Translations under genes and position numbers: made by a program
Shown here: positions 26,222 to 42,170 of the stretch, piece by piece
Layout of the letters: each line of letters begins with the position of its first letter
How positions within the stretch are numbered: the first letter of the stretch is position 1
Assembly: GCA_028534125.1 (NCBI GenBank)
Contig: CM052816.1
Coordinates: forward strand, 23,996,001-24,060,000
DNA: 64,000 bases
Source of the DNA: Lama glama
Lineage: Eukaryota
Direction: 5' to 3'
The notes under the pieces: generated by a model
The model's database searches: none
Told to the model about the DNA's origin: nothing
The model's input: only the letters and a program-made list of their open reading frames with translations

Positions 26222-27438
26222 TTAACACCAGCAGTAACAACCATCCATAACCAGCGTGACATATACAGAGAAGTAAACAATGCTAGCACATCTTTAAAGT
26301 AAATTGCTAAAATAAACTATTTTACTTGGAACATATAATAGTTCAAGTTCATGGCAGGACATTAAGACAATGTTAATCTTAAGTATAAATTACATTTAAA
26401 GAAAAAGTACAATTTCGAAAAGGCTGACATGATAGGGCAGCAGACATGCTGTGAAGAATACAATTAAAAAGAGTCTGTCACAAATAAACAAAACATTTAA
26501 AAACTGTTGTTTATACAGCCAAAGGTCTAAAAGGAAAAGAGGCAGTTCTGTAATTGTTATAAAGTACTTAACAGTTCAAGTTATTTGAACAGGCTAATTT
26601 TACTCCTGATTGAATAAACAGTCCAGACTCGAATGATGACTTTAGACATTTGTTACATTAGAGACTGAATAGGCAAATGAAAGAAATAACTGCTCCTAAA
26701 ATAGTAAAAGCAGTATCTTCTTTGTCTATTTCATTTCTAAAGCCACCACTCGAATCCAAAACCTCATTGTCTCTTAGTCTCTTACCTGGACTACAAAATG
26801 TTCTCTCACTGTTTAAAATGACTATACTGCAACTACTCTTGTAATCTCTTCCTAATCTATTCTGTTGGGCCAAAACTTTACAAACTTTTCTCAGTGGACT
26901 TTCTTGGTTTTCATACTAAGTACTAGACTAACCCTAACGGATTGCAGCATCATCTTCTTACGCGGAGATATACCCAGAAGCCATCAGCATTACACATTCT
27001 AGGTAAACAGTTAAAACATGTTTGTTCAACTCTCCCTACTACACAGTAAGCTAGTGGGAAGATACTATGCAGTAGATATTGAAATCACAGTAGGTAATAC
27101 ATATGCTTCTTAGGCTAACAGCTACTAAAGTACTGCAAATATAATCCTTTCAAAGATTAATTTAAAAATACATCAAGTGCAACAGAATGATAGTTATATG
27201 AATTTGTTACTTCTCTACAAACAGGATTAGTTATATTTAACTTATGGTAAGAATGGAATTCCATAGAATAAAAAGCCTTGCAGTAATTGTTTCATTAAAA
27301 CTACATATATTTGGAAATCAAGTAGTTTAGATTTTACACAAAGTACCTTTCAAATATACAAAACATGATGGTTAGATTGAAAAGTTACAAAGAGCTTCTA
27401 GACATTTTCGAGCTTGAAATACTAAATAGAAAAGGCTA

Positions 27439-27633
<195 letters not shown>

Positions 27634-29013
27634 TCAGATACGTCATCTGTTTTAGACAGTGGTACATACGTATGCACAAATTTCTTTGCGGCTTCTACAG
27701 TGAGAGGGCTTTAAGTATTAAGTATATGGTTAAAACATAAAAGTAAAGTCAGAACATTATTGATCACAATTTAACTTCATGATTCTTGATGGCTATCAAG
27801 TGGGCACATCTATTTACATTCACATTATTCTATCTTACTAGTTCTGTATTTAAAAAGTTCCTTACTAAAAAAAATACAAATTGACCTACCTCAGCGAATA
27901 CTAAACACTAAAGAAGATTAAAAAATTAGGTTTCAGATTGAGTCCTTAATATTGAGGCTTTGTTTTCTGGTTATTAACATGAGACTTCTAAATTCTAATG
28001 TATATATAAAACAACTCAAACTAATTGTTCTTCAGAATTGTTAAAAATTCATCTAGTCGCTAGAAAAACTAAGAGCTGACTGCAGAAACTTATCTTCCCA
28101 TTTGGTGAAGTATGTATTAAGCTCACTCTAAAAAATGTTAAAGACCCATGCTTTAAAATTTTCATTCATAGGTAGTTCCAGAGTCAAAAATACTATCTTA
28201 AAATCATTTCAATAAAATTTATGTTCTTTTTTAAAAATTAAACTTTTAATTTTGAGATAACTGCAGAGTCACACAAAGTTGAAAAAATTATACAGATTCC
28301 TGGGACCCTTTACCTAGTTTCTCCCACTGATACCATCTTGCAAAACGATACCAGAATATCACAACTAAACTACTGATATTAATGTATCAAGATAAAGAAG
28401 AGTCCAACAAGAGAAGGATCCCTTGTGTTGCCCTTTCATAGCCACAGCCACACCCATACCCACCTCTACAATTTATATTATTAAATTAAAAACCAAAGCT
28501 GTTTCTGTCCTAAGTTTCCATACTTCTGTTCTGAAAAACTTTTGGACCCTTAGAAGGAAAAGTACTTTTGGACCTTCATTTCCTTCCCTAAAGTCCAACT
28601 GTTGTGATGGTTTCTAACAAAATGCCCACAAAAAAGAATATGGAGTATTTTTTCAGTTGAAAAAGGCCCCTTATATTAGAACTTCACAGAACTCATTGTG
28701 TTAACAATACTGCCGGACAGGTTAACAATATCATAATAATATTCTTAGAACTGAAAAAGCAATCAGCTAAATAATAAAAAAGGGGGAAAAAGAAGAAAAT
28801 AATTCTTTCATAGTATGAGTCAGAATTTGAGATTAATGCTATTTTAAATGCTTTGATGATAAGAAACAAAATATTACCAGTAAACTTCATAAGAGAGCTC
28901 TGAAGACTTATTTAATTTGAATTTGAAATTATATTGAATATAATTTCAATTATAAAGGCAGAGTGAAGCAATAATGAGCTAACCCCCTACATGCCATCTT
29001 TTAAAACGTGTTA

Positions 29014-29235
<222 letters not shown>

Positions 29236-30115
29236 TCAAAACTACGATTTCAAACCTTTAGAAAATGACATAATACTCCTACATTTACCACCCAGATTTA
29301 ATGAATTTTGCCATATATATTTATCTACTTTACTTTTATACTTAACATAAACCCCTTTTATACCTCACTGTCCCAAAATTGGAATATTCTTTCCAATGAC
29401 AATATATAGTTTTATTACATATATATATGGTCCATAAGCATTATGTTGTGCTATTTTGGGTGTTTTAAAATTTACATAAATTATATCATACTATATTATC
29501 ATTCCAAAATTTAACTTTTTCACATGTATTAAGTTTGAGATTCATCCATATTAATATATGAAAACCAAGTTTATTCACTTTTTTACTGCTTAACATCATT
29601 CTGCAGTTTCATTCTTCTGTTGATAGATACGTGGAATGCTTCCTTTTTCATTATTATAATTAATAACACTAAATATTTTTATATATGTGAATTCCTGTAG
29701 GGTAAAAACTCCTAAAAATAACTGTTGGATTGTAGGAAATTTTACTAAATATGCCAAATACATTCCTAGAATCACAGGGGAGTTGTTTCCACACCTGTGC
29801 CATTATCAGACTTTTAGTGAAAGTCCAAGGTCTTCTTCAGCAGCAAAAGACCCTTCAGCTCCCTTGCGATCAGAGGGAAAAGTGCCAAACAGATCAGCAG
29901 AGGTTCTATCCTCATGGAAGACACTGGAATACTTTTCCTTATGCTTCCTTATTAAATAAATATTTGCAGTATTTTCTAATACAACTTTCCTTTGATCAAA
30001 AACATACTTAGTATAGTAGGGAAAATAATATTTTGTTTATAATTTAATAATTCAGTGTTGACAGCTAATACTGTAAATGCACCAAAATCTACATTAGCAC
30101 ACCATTTATAGACTA

Positions 30116-30241
<126 letters not shown>

Positions 30242-31137
30242 CTAAGGAAGAAATGTAAATATTAAAATCAAATATATCAAAATAAGATATGCAGATCTGC
30301 TTACAGTTACAATAGGTTAATCGGGAATCAAACCCACGTATCTAATTCTTGGTCCTCTTTCTTTCCCCTCACACTGCTTCACCTACAAACTGTAAAGGAG
30401 ATTCAAACATTTCAAGCATCAGAAAGGCAGGAGGTTTAGAATACCACTGAATTTTTAGTCATCTTACCCCACCCCAGGCTGAAATTCTTATATGAAAAGA
30501 GTCAAAGAAGCAGACATATATATAGAAGAAATTTGGAAGCTGAAGAAGTGTAACAGAGGTGTGACCTACTTTAAGAAAATCAAATCCAAAGCCTAAACTT
30601 AAAGAGACAAAAATCCTAATTATAATACTTAATCACTTTTCTTAAAACAATACTGAAAATAATTTTAGAAAAAGTTCTATACTTTTACTGTACTAAGTAA
30701 CTACAACAAAAAATTAAGAAGAAAAAGAAAAAAATTACAAAGCTGTAGAATCAATTACATTTGTTTTAGTAATGAAAAGCATTTTATATTCAGTATCAGC
30801 TGTTTATTTAATGGTCACTAAAGGGAGACAATATCTATATTATTATCATTACACTGAGTACCTAACACAATGTATGGCATATATTAGACATTCAAATATT
30901 TGTAAAATGAAATATTTAAGTTGGCATCATGCTAATAGTAACAAGATCCTTTAATTCTTTTGATTTATGGTCTTGGACTTCACTTTCTATTCCTGGTAAG
31001 ACATTATGAAAATTTATGCTAAGAGTATGTCAAAAAAGCAAAAACTCATCCCCACTTCCAGAAAAACAACTCAAAAAGCACACTCTGACAGTAGATAAAC
31101 GCACAAGCGTTTATATAAGTATACATATTCACAGTTA

Positions 31138-31461
<324 letters not shown>

Positions 31462-31589
31462 TTATTATTCTAATGAAAGACTGATATTAATATTGGGGGA
31501 AATCTATTAACAGTAATAATGGCTATCTGTATTACAAACTTCTGAAATTGATTTACCACTAGTCCTTAATGTAAAAAAAAAACCAACCT

Positions 31590-33005
31590 TTTTCTTTTGT
31601 AAAATTTTGGAGACACACACAATGGCAGAGAAAAAGCATACTTAACTGCCAGGTATCCATCACCCAGTTTCAACAGAACCAATCTCTGCATTACTGTGAA
31701 TCAAATCCAAGATATAATTTCATACATGAAAGTTTCAGTACATACCTCTAACAAGTAAGAACTTTTAAAAACTGTAACTACAAAGTCACTGCGACAGCCT
31801 GAGGACTGCATAATTCCCTAACAGCATCAGATATGGCCACTGCATTCTAAATCCCCAAACTGTCCCCCTCTTCTTGCTTTTTAAAATGGTTTGTTCAAAT
31901 TAGGATCCACAAAAGGATGACAATTTACATTTGGTTGATGCGCCTCTTAAGTCTTTTTCAATCTACAGGTTTACCCTTCCCTTTACATTTCATTATTTTA
32001 TGTCATTTCTCCTACAGAAATCCCACACTCTGGAGTTTGCTGACAATCGCCACAGCATTGTTTAACCTGCTCCTCTCGCCTCTACTTCTAGTCAACAGAT
32101 ATAGGCAGATTTAGACAGTTGATCTAACTGAGGTGCAAGTTTTCTGGGAAAAATATTCAAGGTGGAGTGATATACTTCTGATTAATAGGTAGTTTCCTTT
32201 TTTGATGTTAAGATAGTAGATTGATAGTGTGGTTGTTTTTGTTTGTCTGTTTTTCAAGAGTCCTTATTTTTTAGAGCTAAAAGTAGAAATATTTCCAGCC
32301 AAAAGGATCTATGCCTAGAATCTGCCTCTAACTAATCTGGGAAGTGGGGAATCACAAATAAAACAAAATTAGCCATGCACTGATAAATGATGAAGCTGGA
32401 AAGTGTGTATGTTAAATACATATTACTTTCTCTATCTTTGCACATGTTCAGGCATTTCCTTATGAAGAAGTTAAAAATGGATTGATCACTTAGACCATGA
32501 TGAGACAAGCAAATAAATCCAAACTGAGGGGTACAATGCAAAATAATTTGCCTGGACTCTTCAAAATGCCAACATCCTGAAAGATTAAAACAGGCAGGGT
32601 GGGAACTGCTCTAGATTAAAGAATTTTAAGATAACATAACTAAATGCCACGTGTTATCCCAGATTGAATCCTGGATCTGGGAAAAACTGATCTGGGACAT
32701 TATGAGAACAAGTAAGTGTAAATATGGAATATATACTTAGACAACAGTACTTCATCAACACCGAATTATTTGGGTGGGACAACTGTACTGTGCTTGTACA
32801 AAATGTTTTAACACTCCAATCTGACTGTCATGTTGTGACTGTCTACAGTTTATTTTCATGTGTTTGAGGAGAAAAATACTATCCATATATATAAAGATAA
32901 AACCAAATGGGGCAAAATATAAACTAGTAAATACAAATGAAGGGGAGGCACGCAGGTATTCATTGCACTGTTCCTTGTGTACCTTCGAAATTTGTCAACA
33001 AACAA
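31590..33005. mobile_element. Cluster of old L1MC-like 3' fragments in both orientations, approximate bounds
   Basis: Degenerate L1 3'UTR motifs (gacaagcaaataaatccaaactgaggg, cctggactcttcaaaatgccaa, gattgaatcctggat). Confidence 0.5.
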
Positions 33006-34093
33006 AATTGATTTGGAAGAGTTGCTTGATGGATTCAGGTGCTATAGTGGTTGATTCAACTACTATAAATTTTACCAGTAATGAATGGTGATCACCACCT
33101 AGATTCATTACTTCATTAGTGGAGATTTACCTCTCATTTAAATTAAGCAGGAACATGCCAACTGAGACAAGGAGGTAAGAAAATTAGGTTTAAGGTTGTT
33201 TATCAGACACTTGCCTGTAATTTAATACTTTCAACCAGATATAAAGCTAGCACAATCCCTAGCCATAACATGTAAGTCTGGTTTCACGTATACATAAACC
33301 ATCTTGTTTCACTTAAGTTGCTCTCCCTGCATCTTTCCGGAGATTTAGGTTTAAAAACGAAGAATATATTTGTTTAAGAAACATTAGCATTGACTTCTCT
33401 GAGAATCTGAGGGAGAAAAAACTCACTGAAAAGATGATTTTCTATTCAGCTCTTTAATACCAATTTAGTAGTTACATATACACCATGCATTTTTCACAAT
33501 CACTATCTTTATATAGTTGTTAATGCTAGCACTGCCAAATCTGTCTTTAGGGAAGAAGAATATAAAGGATAGGGTGGACCAAGATAAAAATGAGAAGACT
33601 TGATTTCTGCTATATATATTTATCAGCTAATACAAACTTCCATGTCTGTGTGTAATGACTTCAAAGTTAAGCAAGTACAAAGGCAGGAGGTAAATGAAGA
33701 ACAAAGGGGAGAAAAGAGAATATGATACATTGATGGATTAAGGCAAAACTGACCCCAGGAACTTTACATATAACTATATTTCACCTTTCATGTTTTGAGG
33801 AAAAAATTCATTTTCTTTTCTTGCATCACCTCTGAATTAAGGTAAATAATGCTCCAAGCTTATCATGACTATGCTTCTATGATGTGCCAAGTTTCCTTTT
33901 TCCCTAGTTATATATTGATCCAGTAACCTTTGTGTTTCCTATCATTTTATGATAAAATGAGTAGCAAGTAAATGAAAATAAATGTATATAATGGTAACAT
34001 CAGTGTGGTTTACGATACAAAAGATAAAGACGAGAAAAAAAGATGGTCTGGTCTTTAATAAGGGGGGATAAAACACAAAAGTCTAATTAAAGG

Positions 34094-34154
34094 TTAAAAA
34101 GTGGCAAGTAAAATGAATGGTAATTAAAAAGTGGCAAGTAAAATGAACGGTAAT
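34094..34154 (+). repeat. 30-bp tandem duplication (2 copies, 1 mismatch)
   Basis: TTAAAAAGTGGCAAGTAAAATGAA[T/C]GGTAA x2. Confidence 0.9.
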
Positions 34155-35744
34155 ATTCTGCATGGGGGACGAGTATGTACTGATGATTTAGTGTTCAAAA
34201 AATCTTCATGGAACTGGGTCTCCCTGAAGGGCAGACAGAATTGGACATGTAAAAAGAAAAAGCCAGTGCCTTTCAAGCAGAGTGAAGCACCAAATAAAGG
34301 AACAAAGTAAAGTGTGCATGTTTACATACACAGACACGCAATGACTGGAGTTCAGCCTGGACGAAGCTGTGGCACTTAGCTTTGGGTATGAAGGACTTTG
34401 ACTGACAGAGCAAGGATGCTCACATTTTGCTTATTAAGCAGTGGTGAGTCAAAGGTTTCAGAGGACATTAAAATGTAGAAATAGAGTAAGAAACATAAAA
34501 CTATAAAAAATTTAAAAATTTAAGACAAATAAAGTGACCCAATTATACATGCATATTTTTATCAATTATATGCAAATCAGTATCATATAGTGTGCCTTTG
34601 TATAGGTTTCATTTTGGAATCTCCACTTATATGCTCCTCATTTATGTTCTATTCACCATTCTTCATTCTCCAAGTGACAAATATTTTTACAGGAATGTCT
34701 TTCCATTTTGTATCGCTTTACAAAGCATTTTAAAAAATTTACTTAAACTAGAAAAGCAGCTTTCTGTATACCAAACTCCTCTTTGTTTGAATAAATCTAT
34801 ACTTAGGGTTGATAAACACAACACACTTTTGTACTTTAAGGCAAAAACACAGAAATCTGATTGGCATTTTCAGTCACTGGGCAGAGACCAACATTTGTGC
34901 CTTTCATACACAATACAATGTCAGAACTGGCCTGAGTAATTAGCTGGATATGAATACTGTCTTTCATTCCTACGATTTTGCCTAGTCTTGTGACTAGGAA
35001 AAACAAACTTCTATTATATAATTGAGTTCAATATTTATAACCACTGAAATTGCCATCAATTGCTTGAAACTATACAATAGAAAATACAAATAATACCATT
35101 AAAATTTTAAGTTAAAACTTTTATTGTAAAATACAGTCTACATAAAATTTCTACATAATGTTCTGAAATACACTAAATCTTCAACTATTCTGTTTATTAT
35201 ATTTACATAATACTGGAAAAACACTAGGAAGCAAATTTTTTATTTTCCACTTTGAATTAGTAGAACCATCTATTCTATAAATTTGCCACAGAATATCTTG
35301 TTTTAATCTCCTGATCTATACCTTTGTGTTTTCCTTCTAGCATCCTAAGACTTATCAAGCAACTCTCAAAGTATCCTCCAAATTTTAGTAATCCCCTTTC
35401 TTCTTATAAATCTTTTCTAAGACCCATAAATTTTACAAAAATTTTATTTTGCTTTCAGTATCTTATAGACATAATAAAAAGCAGAACTGATAGTCTCCAA
35501 ATGCTTGAGCAGTAATACTAATCTTTACATAGTTCATATATTTTAATAGTTCACAAACTTTCAAGCAACCGTTAATAATTTAATTCTGTTGTTAAATGGA
35601 GGTTTAACACAGCATCACTCTATAAGCCATATCTTATTAAGTAAGATTACTGATACTGATCAACACTTTTTTAAAAGGGTATTTATATATAAAGCAATTA
35701 CGGAGAAAACTCAAATTAGAAAACTGAACCCATTTCAATTAGTA

Positions 35745-36180
35745 TGGATTTAAATTGTTCAAAATAAAAATGAAATACTTAGGTATAAATCTAACAAAAT
35801 ATGTACAGGACATATTCTGTAAACTACATAATACTGATGAAGTCAAAGAAGATCTAAATAAACAGAAAACATATGGTGTTCATGGACTGAAACACTCAAA
35901 CAGTAAATCTATCAATTCTCCCCAAATTGATGTACAAACTTAATGCATTTCCTATCAAAATTCTAGCAAGATTTTTTTTTTTGTAGATAAACATAAGATT
36001 ATTCTAAAATTTACATGGAAAAGTAAAGTAACTAAAATAGCTAAAACAATTGTGAAATACAATTAAATGGAGAACTCAATCTACCTGACTTCAAGACTTA
36101 CAACCTAACTATAGTAATCAAGGAAGTATGGTACTGGTGGAGGGACAGACACAAAGATCAATGGAACGCGAATCCAGCAC
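35745..36180 (+). mobile_element. LINE-1 ORF2 remnant
   Basis: KIKMKYLGINLTKYVQD...KEDLNK resembles L1 ORF2p (IKYLGI.LT..VKDL...KED.NKW); frameshifted and decayed. Confidence 0.8.
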
Positions 36181-36485
36181 ACACAAGCATGCGTGAGATG
36201 TTTCCTTGCTTTCTGAAATAGTATACTACATATATGTACTATGCACTATATTCTATTATAAAAGTGTTACCCTCTGGGGCCCTTTTGCCATTAACAACTT
36301 CAGATTTTGTCCTTTCATATTTTTCTGTTTGCCCAATTAGTTGTGTACAGTCTTTGATATCTAGGTATAAAGCAATGACAATCTTCCTTTCTAAGTTACT
36401 GTTATATTCTGAATGGTCAGATTTGGTAGCAATCTTACCTCAAGATGAACAGAGAATTTCTGTATCATATAAATTTGGTGCTCAC

Positions 36486-36637
36486 CTGGAAGTTGTTCAT
36501 TAGGCCGTAGGCACAAGGATTGCTTTCACAAGATGAGAAATCAAAGTTTAATTCGCAGGCTGCTGAAGTACAGTTTGTTAGCTCTGTTACAATAGTGTCA
36601 TTAATGTTCCCAGTGGCATCCCGAACGACACAAGAAC
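36486..36637 (-). CDS. SLC12A2: NKCC1 exon 10 (152 nt), glycosylated extracellular loop
   Basis: cttcag|GTTCTT...TTCCAG|gtgagc; [54 protein letters not shown] and NCT sequons and loop cysteines present. Confidence 0.97.
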
Positions 36638-39217
36638 CTGAAGCACAAGTGACAAAAAAAAAAGGATAATGAAGCTAATATTCATTTTCACTTCATGATG
36701 ATATATACTGATGAAGAAATTATGGCACTGACTGTATACACTTGCTTATAACAGCATACACTGCATTTACAATTAAGATAGCTTTACCTGGAACAGAATT
36801 TGGAAAGCATCATGGTCCTCAATATTTTGGTAGTGAAATGGAATCTTATAAAGACTAGTATGTATACATACACACTTAAAAACCCTGTAAGCATCACTGT
36901 AAAAAATGGTGTAGTAGCAAAACCGTTTTCTGCACTGTTTGGTTAAGATGTCTTTAAGCAAATATAGAAACATTTTTTTTGTATGAGTGTGTGCTGAAGA
37001 GTTCCAAATGGCAAAAAAGTTTTCCTATACTCCAAATATTTTATATTTAAAATGTGCCAAAGATCAGACTTGAGGTAATATCAATCTTCTGTGAGGAAAA
37101 ACAATTTGAACATGAATTTATAATTCTATTTAAACCTCTGTATCAAGTAAGTCTACTTTGACAATAAGAAAATACATGGTATCTGAGATTTGCTTTAAAG
37201 TAACCCACAGGACAAAGTGAATGAGCATAGATGAAATAAGATTAACCATGTACTGATAATTCTTGGTAACTTTTTTGAAGAGGGATGATGGTTACACGTT
37301 GGACTCATTAGAAAACACTCTACTTTTCTGCAAAGTTGGAAGCTTTCCTAATAAAATATTTTTTAGAAGTTTTCTTGAAAAAGCACTTAATCCTTTGGAA
37401 TAACACATGATGTAACAACTACCATTCCTTAGACTTCATATAGTTTTACTTCTGAAGAACTTTAACATTGCTGTATCATCATATATGAGGTAAAAATCAT
37501 AGGTATTACTGCAAAAACTGAACAATAAAACAAAATTAAGTTTAGAAAGGAAGAATATTTTAATGACTAGACAGTTTTTTATTCTTAAATTTCTTCTAAC
37601 TTTCAGAGCAGTGTTTGCAAAACCATCTTAAAGGCATTCCTGCAAACACTGAAGGGTGAGCCCTATCTAACCCTAAAACAGCTAAGCTTTTATGTTCTGA
37701 TGTCCTGCATCAAAACTGGGGAAAAGATGTTCCACGGCTTGAACTAGTGACACAGTCACTGGTGTAGAACTGATCTTTATTAGCCCAGCTACTGAATAAC
37801 AAGGATATTCTTTAAATTAAAACTAAATTTCCTTTAGCTAGCTTATGTATAATGTATATAAGCAAGCTAGAAACTTTTAGGGAAACACAAAAAAATTTTG
37901 CTCAGCCTAAATCTAATTCATTTGCTTTTTCAAAATGAATTTCAGAGATTTACATATGGATTGTAAGGATAAATGTAATCCAATTATTTTTTTAAATACT
38001 AATTTAGGCCACCGTAAAACTGACTACTAGAATTTCTAACCCTGTTTAGAAAAATTTTAAAATCATATATAGGCAAATTAGCAGCAGAGTTTGTAAAAAG
38101 TTCTGTAACTGCTTACAAACAAATGACCGGCAAAATTAAAAATGGCAACATTAAAAATTTTCTAACTCAAATACTATGGAAAATTTATATTCTGTAAGTC
38201 TATGAATTTGGAGTTTGTGATTCTTCTGATTAATACTTGACTAAGATTTATTCCTGAAGTATGCTTTAAAAACTTTACTGTAAAATCCGAATTTTGGAAT
38301 TTAGACATTCAAGACAATGCTTACATTTTAAGAACATATGTTTTCTAGGTAAAGCATATAGTTTTATGAAAGTGTAATAAACTCAAAACAAGACAGGATT
38401 TACAGTCAATACACGCAAATTATATGTAAATCAGTAGTTATTAATTTTTTTCTGGACTAGAATGTTTCAATTAAAGAATCTACCACTATAAAAAGCCTTT
38501 AAAACGTTATTTATTTATAAATAAATAAGGCACCAAAACCCTCTTTTCCATGAAAACAATTTTTTAAAGCAAATGCCATTATCTCATTTTTGGTAGCAAA
38601 ATCTCTAACCTTTAATTATCTATAAAACACAATAAAACAAGAATTTAGAGATTGGTTGACCACTTTTACCCTTTCTTCAAGTTCTAAAATGTCATGATTC
38701 CATGAATGTATTAAAATGGCTTAAAACTACTTTCATTCAATTTCTTAACATTTTTCATTCAATGTAGTATGTCCTGTTCAATGAAATCAGGTTTTATGGT
38801 TAAAAAAAAAAGTCAGGTACTGCTTAGTAGTCTTGAAGTGATCTTTATACAAGAATACATAAGAATATATAAGAATCATCACAAACAAAAATATTCCAAA
38901 ATTTGTAAAAGTCAGAAACTTAAATGCATTTACTTTAATATTAATTAAATTTTCTATAAATGTATCTTGGTGTAATTTAAGAGTGCAGATAAGATTGTAC
39001 ATAATTTTCTAATTTACTATATAATTAAGAAAAATCCTAGAGGGAAACAATAGATCATTTGGTGGCTTAGATAATCTCTATAAAATCACTACTAGTTCAC
39101 TTACAAGTGTTTTTGAAATAAAATATATAAAACTCCATGTCTTCTTAATAAAATACTTCTTAATTTAAAAGTTAAATATACTGTCATGAAAAAAGAATGT
39201 TTATAGTATGTTCATCA

Positions 39218-39343
<126 letters not shown>

Positions 39344-39406
39344 CTAGAAGACAAGAAGTTTTTTTTCAGTCTATCTTTAAAAATAAAAATATGTATGTCA
39401 TTTTTA

Positions 39407-39640
<234 letters not shown>

Positions 39641-40199
39641 TTATCTATGATCCCTGACTTTTCCTCAGTTCAAGTAATTAGTAAATTCTTGAATATTTCC
39701 TGATTCAAATACTGGTGTTTTTCTTTTCTTGTAGAGGCAACAGTTTACAACCAAAATGGTTATTTGACCTGGCTCATGCCGTACTGTCTTCTATACCTTA
39801 CTAATTATGTTTCAAGCACCTCTAACTTGATTGTTCTCACCAGACCAAGAAGTCAAAGAAACAAGAAAGGAGGTAGGAGAACAAAAGGAACATGATACTA
39901 ACCTGGAACCATTTTTTTTCCCCTGACATACAAGTTACATACTATCTGCACAGCTTTCTCTGTTTCCTAGTGGTGATCTATTTGATTTTTGAGGCTATTC
40001 ATCAGGCATCCAGATAATTTTACCTAAGACAAACTAGGTAAAGGTCCTTTCTATTTCAACAATTATGAAAGCTTCAACTAGTCCTGTTGTTTCCATCTAT
40101 TGTGACAGGCTCTGACACTGAAACAACCAATTAACTGTCATTTATCTATCCATCCATCCATCGATCCATCTATCATAAGAGTATACACCACGTGCAGGT

Positions 40200-41350
40200 C
40201 CTACACTGGAGCCATCTACTATCTCAAGGTACTGAGCGATAATTTAGCAACAAGCTACCTTCATGAAACTGAAGCGTATCAATGGGGAACTACAAATTAA
40301 GTACAGAAATAGGTCACTGCAAATAGCAGTAAACTACTGATGGAAACAGGGTGCTGTGAAAGAGAAATAATCTAAGTCATTGTGGTTACAGAAGGTTAAA
40401 AAGATGACTAAAGAGCTGACACTTAAGCTGAGACTTTACTGAGTAAGAATCAGCCATGTGATGATTCAGGGGAAAGAGTATACCAGGGAAAATCAACAAC
40501 ATGTACAAAGGCCCTGAGGCAGGAAAAAGGTTAAGCTCTTTTGAGAAACTATAAGAATACAAAGTTCTCACAGTAAGGGGGAGATGAAATGAGATGGGAG
40601 GGGCCAACAGGGGTGAGATTATGCAAAATTTTATAGTTTCAATTTTATCTCAAATATAATGGCAAGCCAAGGTGGGTTTAGAATCATGCAAATGACATGA
40701 TGTGATTAATGCTTATGTGGATGCTATGTGGATGCTATGTGGACGGTGTACTGAAGGCATCAACACCCAAAGCAGGGAGACCACCTAGGAGGTTATTGCA
40801 GTGGTTCACTCTAGCAATGGGAGAATAATGAACTGACTAGAGAAGGATTAGAAGGTAAGAGGGCAAATAGAAAACACTGATATCCTGGTTTCTTTCACTT
40901 ATTGGGATGGAAAAGTCTGAGTATGATTAGGTAGGAAGGGCATTAAATAAGCAGTTGAACGTACACCTACATCTGGAGGTTAAAGGAAAGGAACAGAAAC
41001 ATGTCAGCCTCTTGAGAGCCTTTTGAGCCATAAGAAAACATATTGCAGAAGGAAAGAATATAGTTAGAATGACCAGGACCACACTCTGTACAACTCTGAC
41101 GTGTAGGGGATGGAAAGAAGAGAAGTGTTCACAGGAGTAATAGACATAGTGACCAGTGAACTAGGTAGAAAAGAACTGATCAGAACACAGTGTCTGACAT
41201 CAAACAAAACACAGTACGTATTTCAAGGAGAATGGGACAACTAAATATATGGGACAACTAAAGTCTGCTGAGAGTCAGAAGACTAAAACACTGCACACTG
41301 TATCTAGCACCAAGTGACTGTGACCTTGACAGAAGCCAGGTAAGAGGGGT
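40200..41350 (-). mobile_element. LINE-2 fragment, approximate bounds
   Basis: tgtacaaaggccctgaggcagga, gcagggagacca..taggaggttattgcagtggt motifs. Confidence 0.6.
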
Positions 41351-41389
41351 TGATAATGAATGAAATAAAACCATTTGGTGAAAGTATGA

Positions 41390-42170
41390 TGGTGAATAGG
41401 CTACACACAGTCTCAAAGTACCTCTCTGCACACCACTTATTAATCACACAAAAAAAGGAGCAACCTCACAACAGAGAAACCTCTCAGGTACCATTTTCAC
41501 CAAGTCATCAAATTTAAAACAATCAGTGATTGGGAAAATGGCATCCCAATGTGATGATCTGAGGAAGACACATTGTTTTCAGCAGAAATGAGCAACTGAA
41601 TCTACGGAAATAAATCAGACAAACCCAATTGGAGGGACCTCCTAGAAAGACAAATGGCCTGTAATCTTAAAGAATGTCAATGTAGGAAAAGGGAAAAAAA
41701 AGGGTTAAGGCACTGTTCAGACTAAAGGGTACTTAAGATTAAGTAAAGAACATTTTTAAAAAAGAGAGATTAAAAAGACATGACAAGTCAGTGCAATATA
41801 TGATCATGGACTGGATCCTGGAACAGTAAAAAAGTCTCTACAAAATCTTTATAGAAACAATAGGAATATTCTGTATGTGAAAAATATGTTAGCTATAACA
41901 CTGTGCCAAAGTTAAACTTCCTGAACTGTCCTTTTCCTTAGTAGATACACGCTTAAGTATTTACAGATAAGAAGTCATGATTTCTGTAACTTATCTCAGA
42001 AGGTATCAATCATAGTAACAATAATTAGACATATATGAAGTGATAAAAAAAACTTGTCAAAAAAAGAATACAAAAGTGTGAATTTTTTTGTGAACCTAGG
42101 TGGAGGGTGTAAGGAGTTTACTGTATTAATTTTTCAAGTTTTCTGTAAGTTTGAAATTATTCTGAAATAA
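41390..42170 (+). mobile_element. Old L1MC-like 3' fragment, approximate bounds
   Basis: aatcagacaaacccaattggaggga, ggcctgtaatctt.aagaatgtcaatg, gactggatcctggaacag, tttctgtaagtttgaaattatt. Confidence 0.55.

Noticed and set aside
35755..35943. Independent small gene
   Set aside because: It is a decayed LINE-1 ORF2 fragment.
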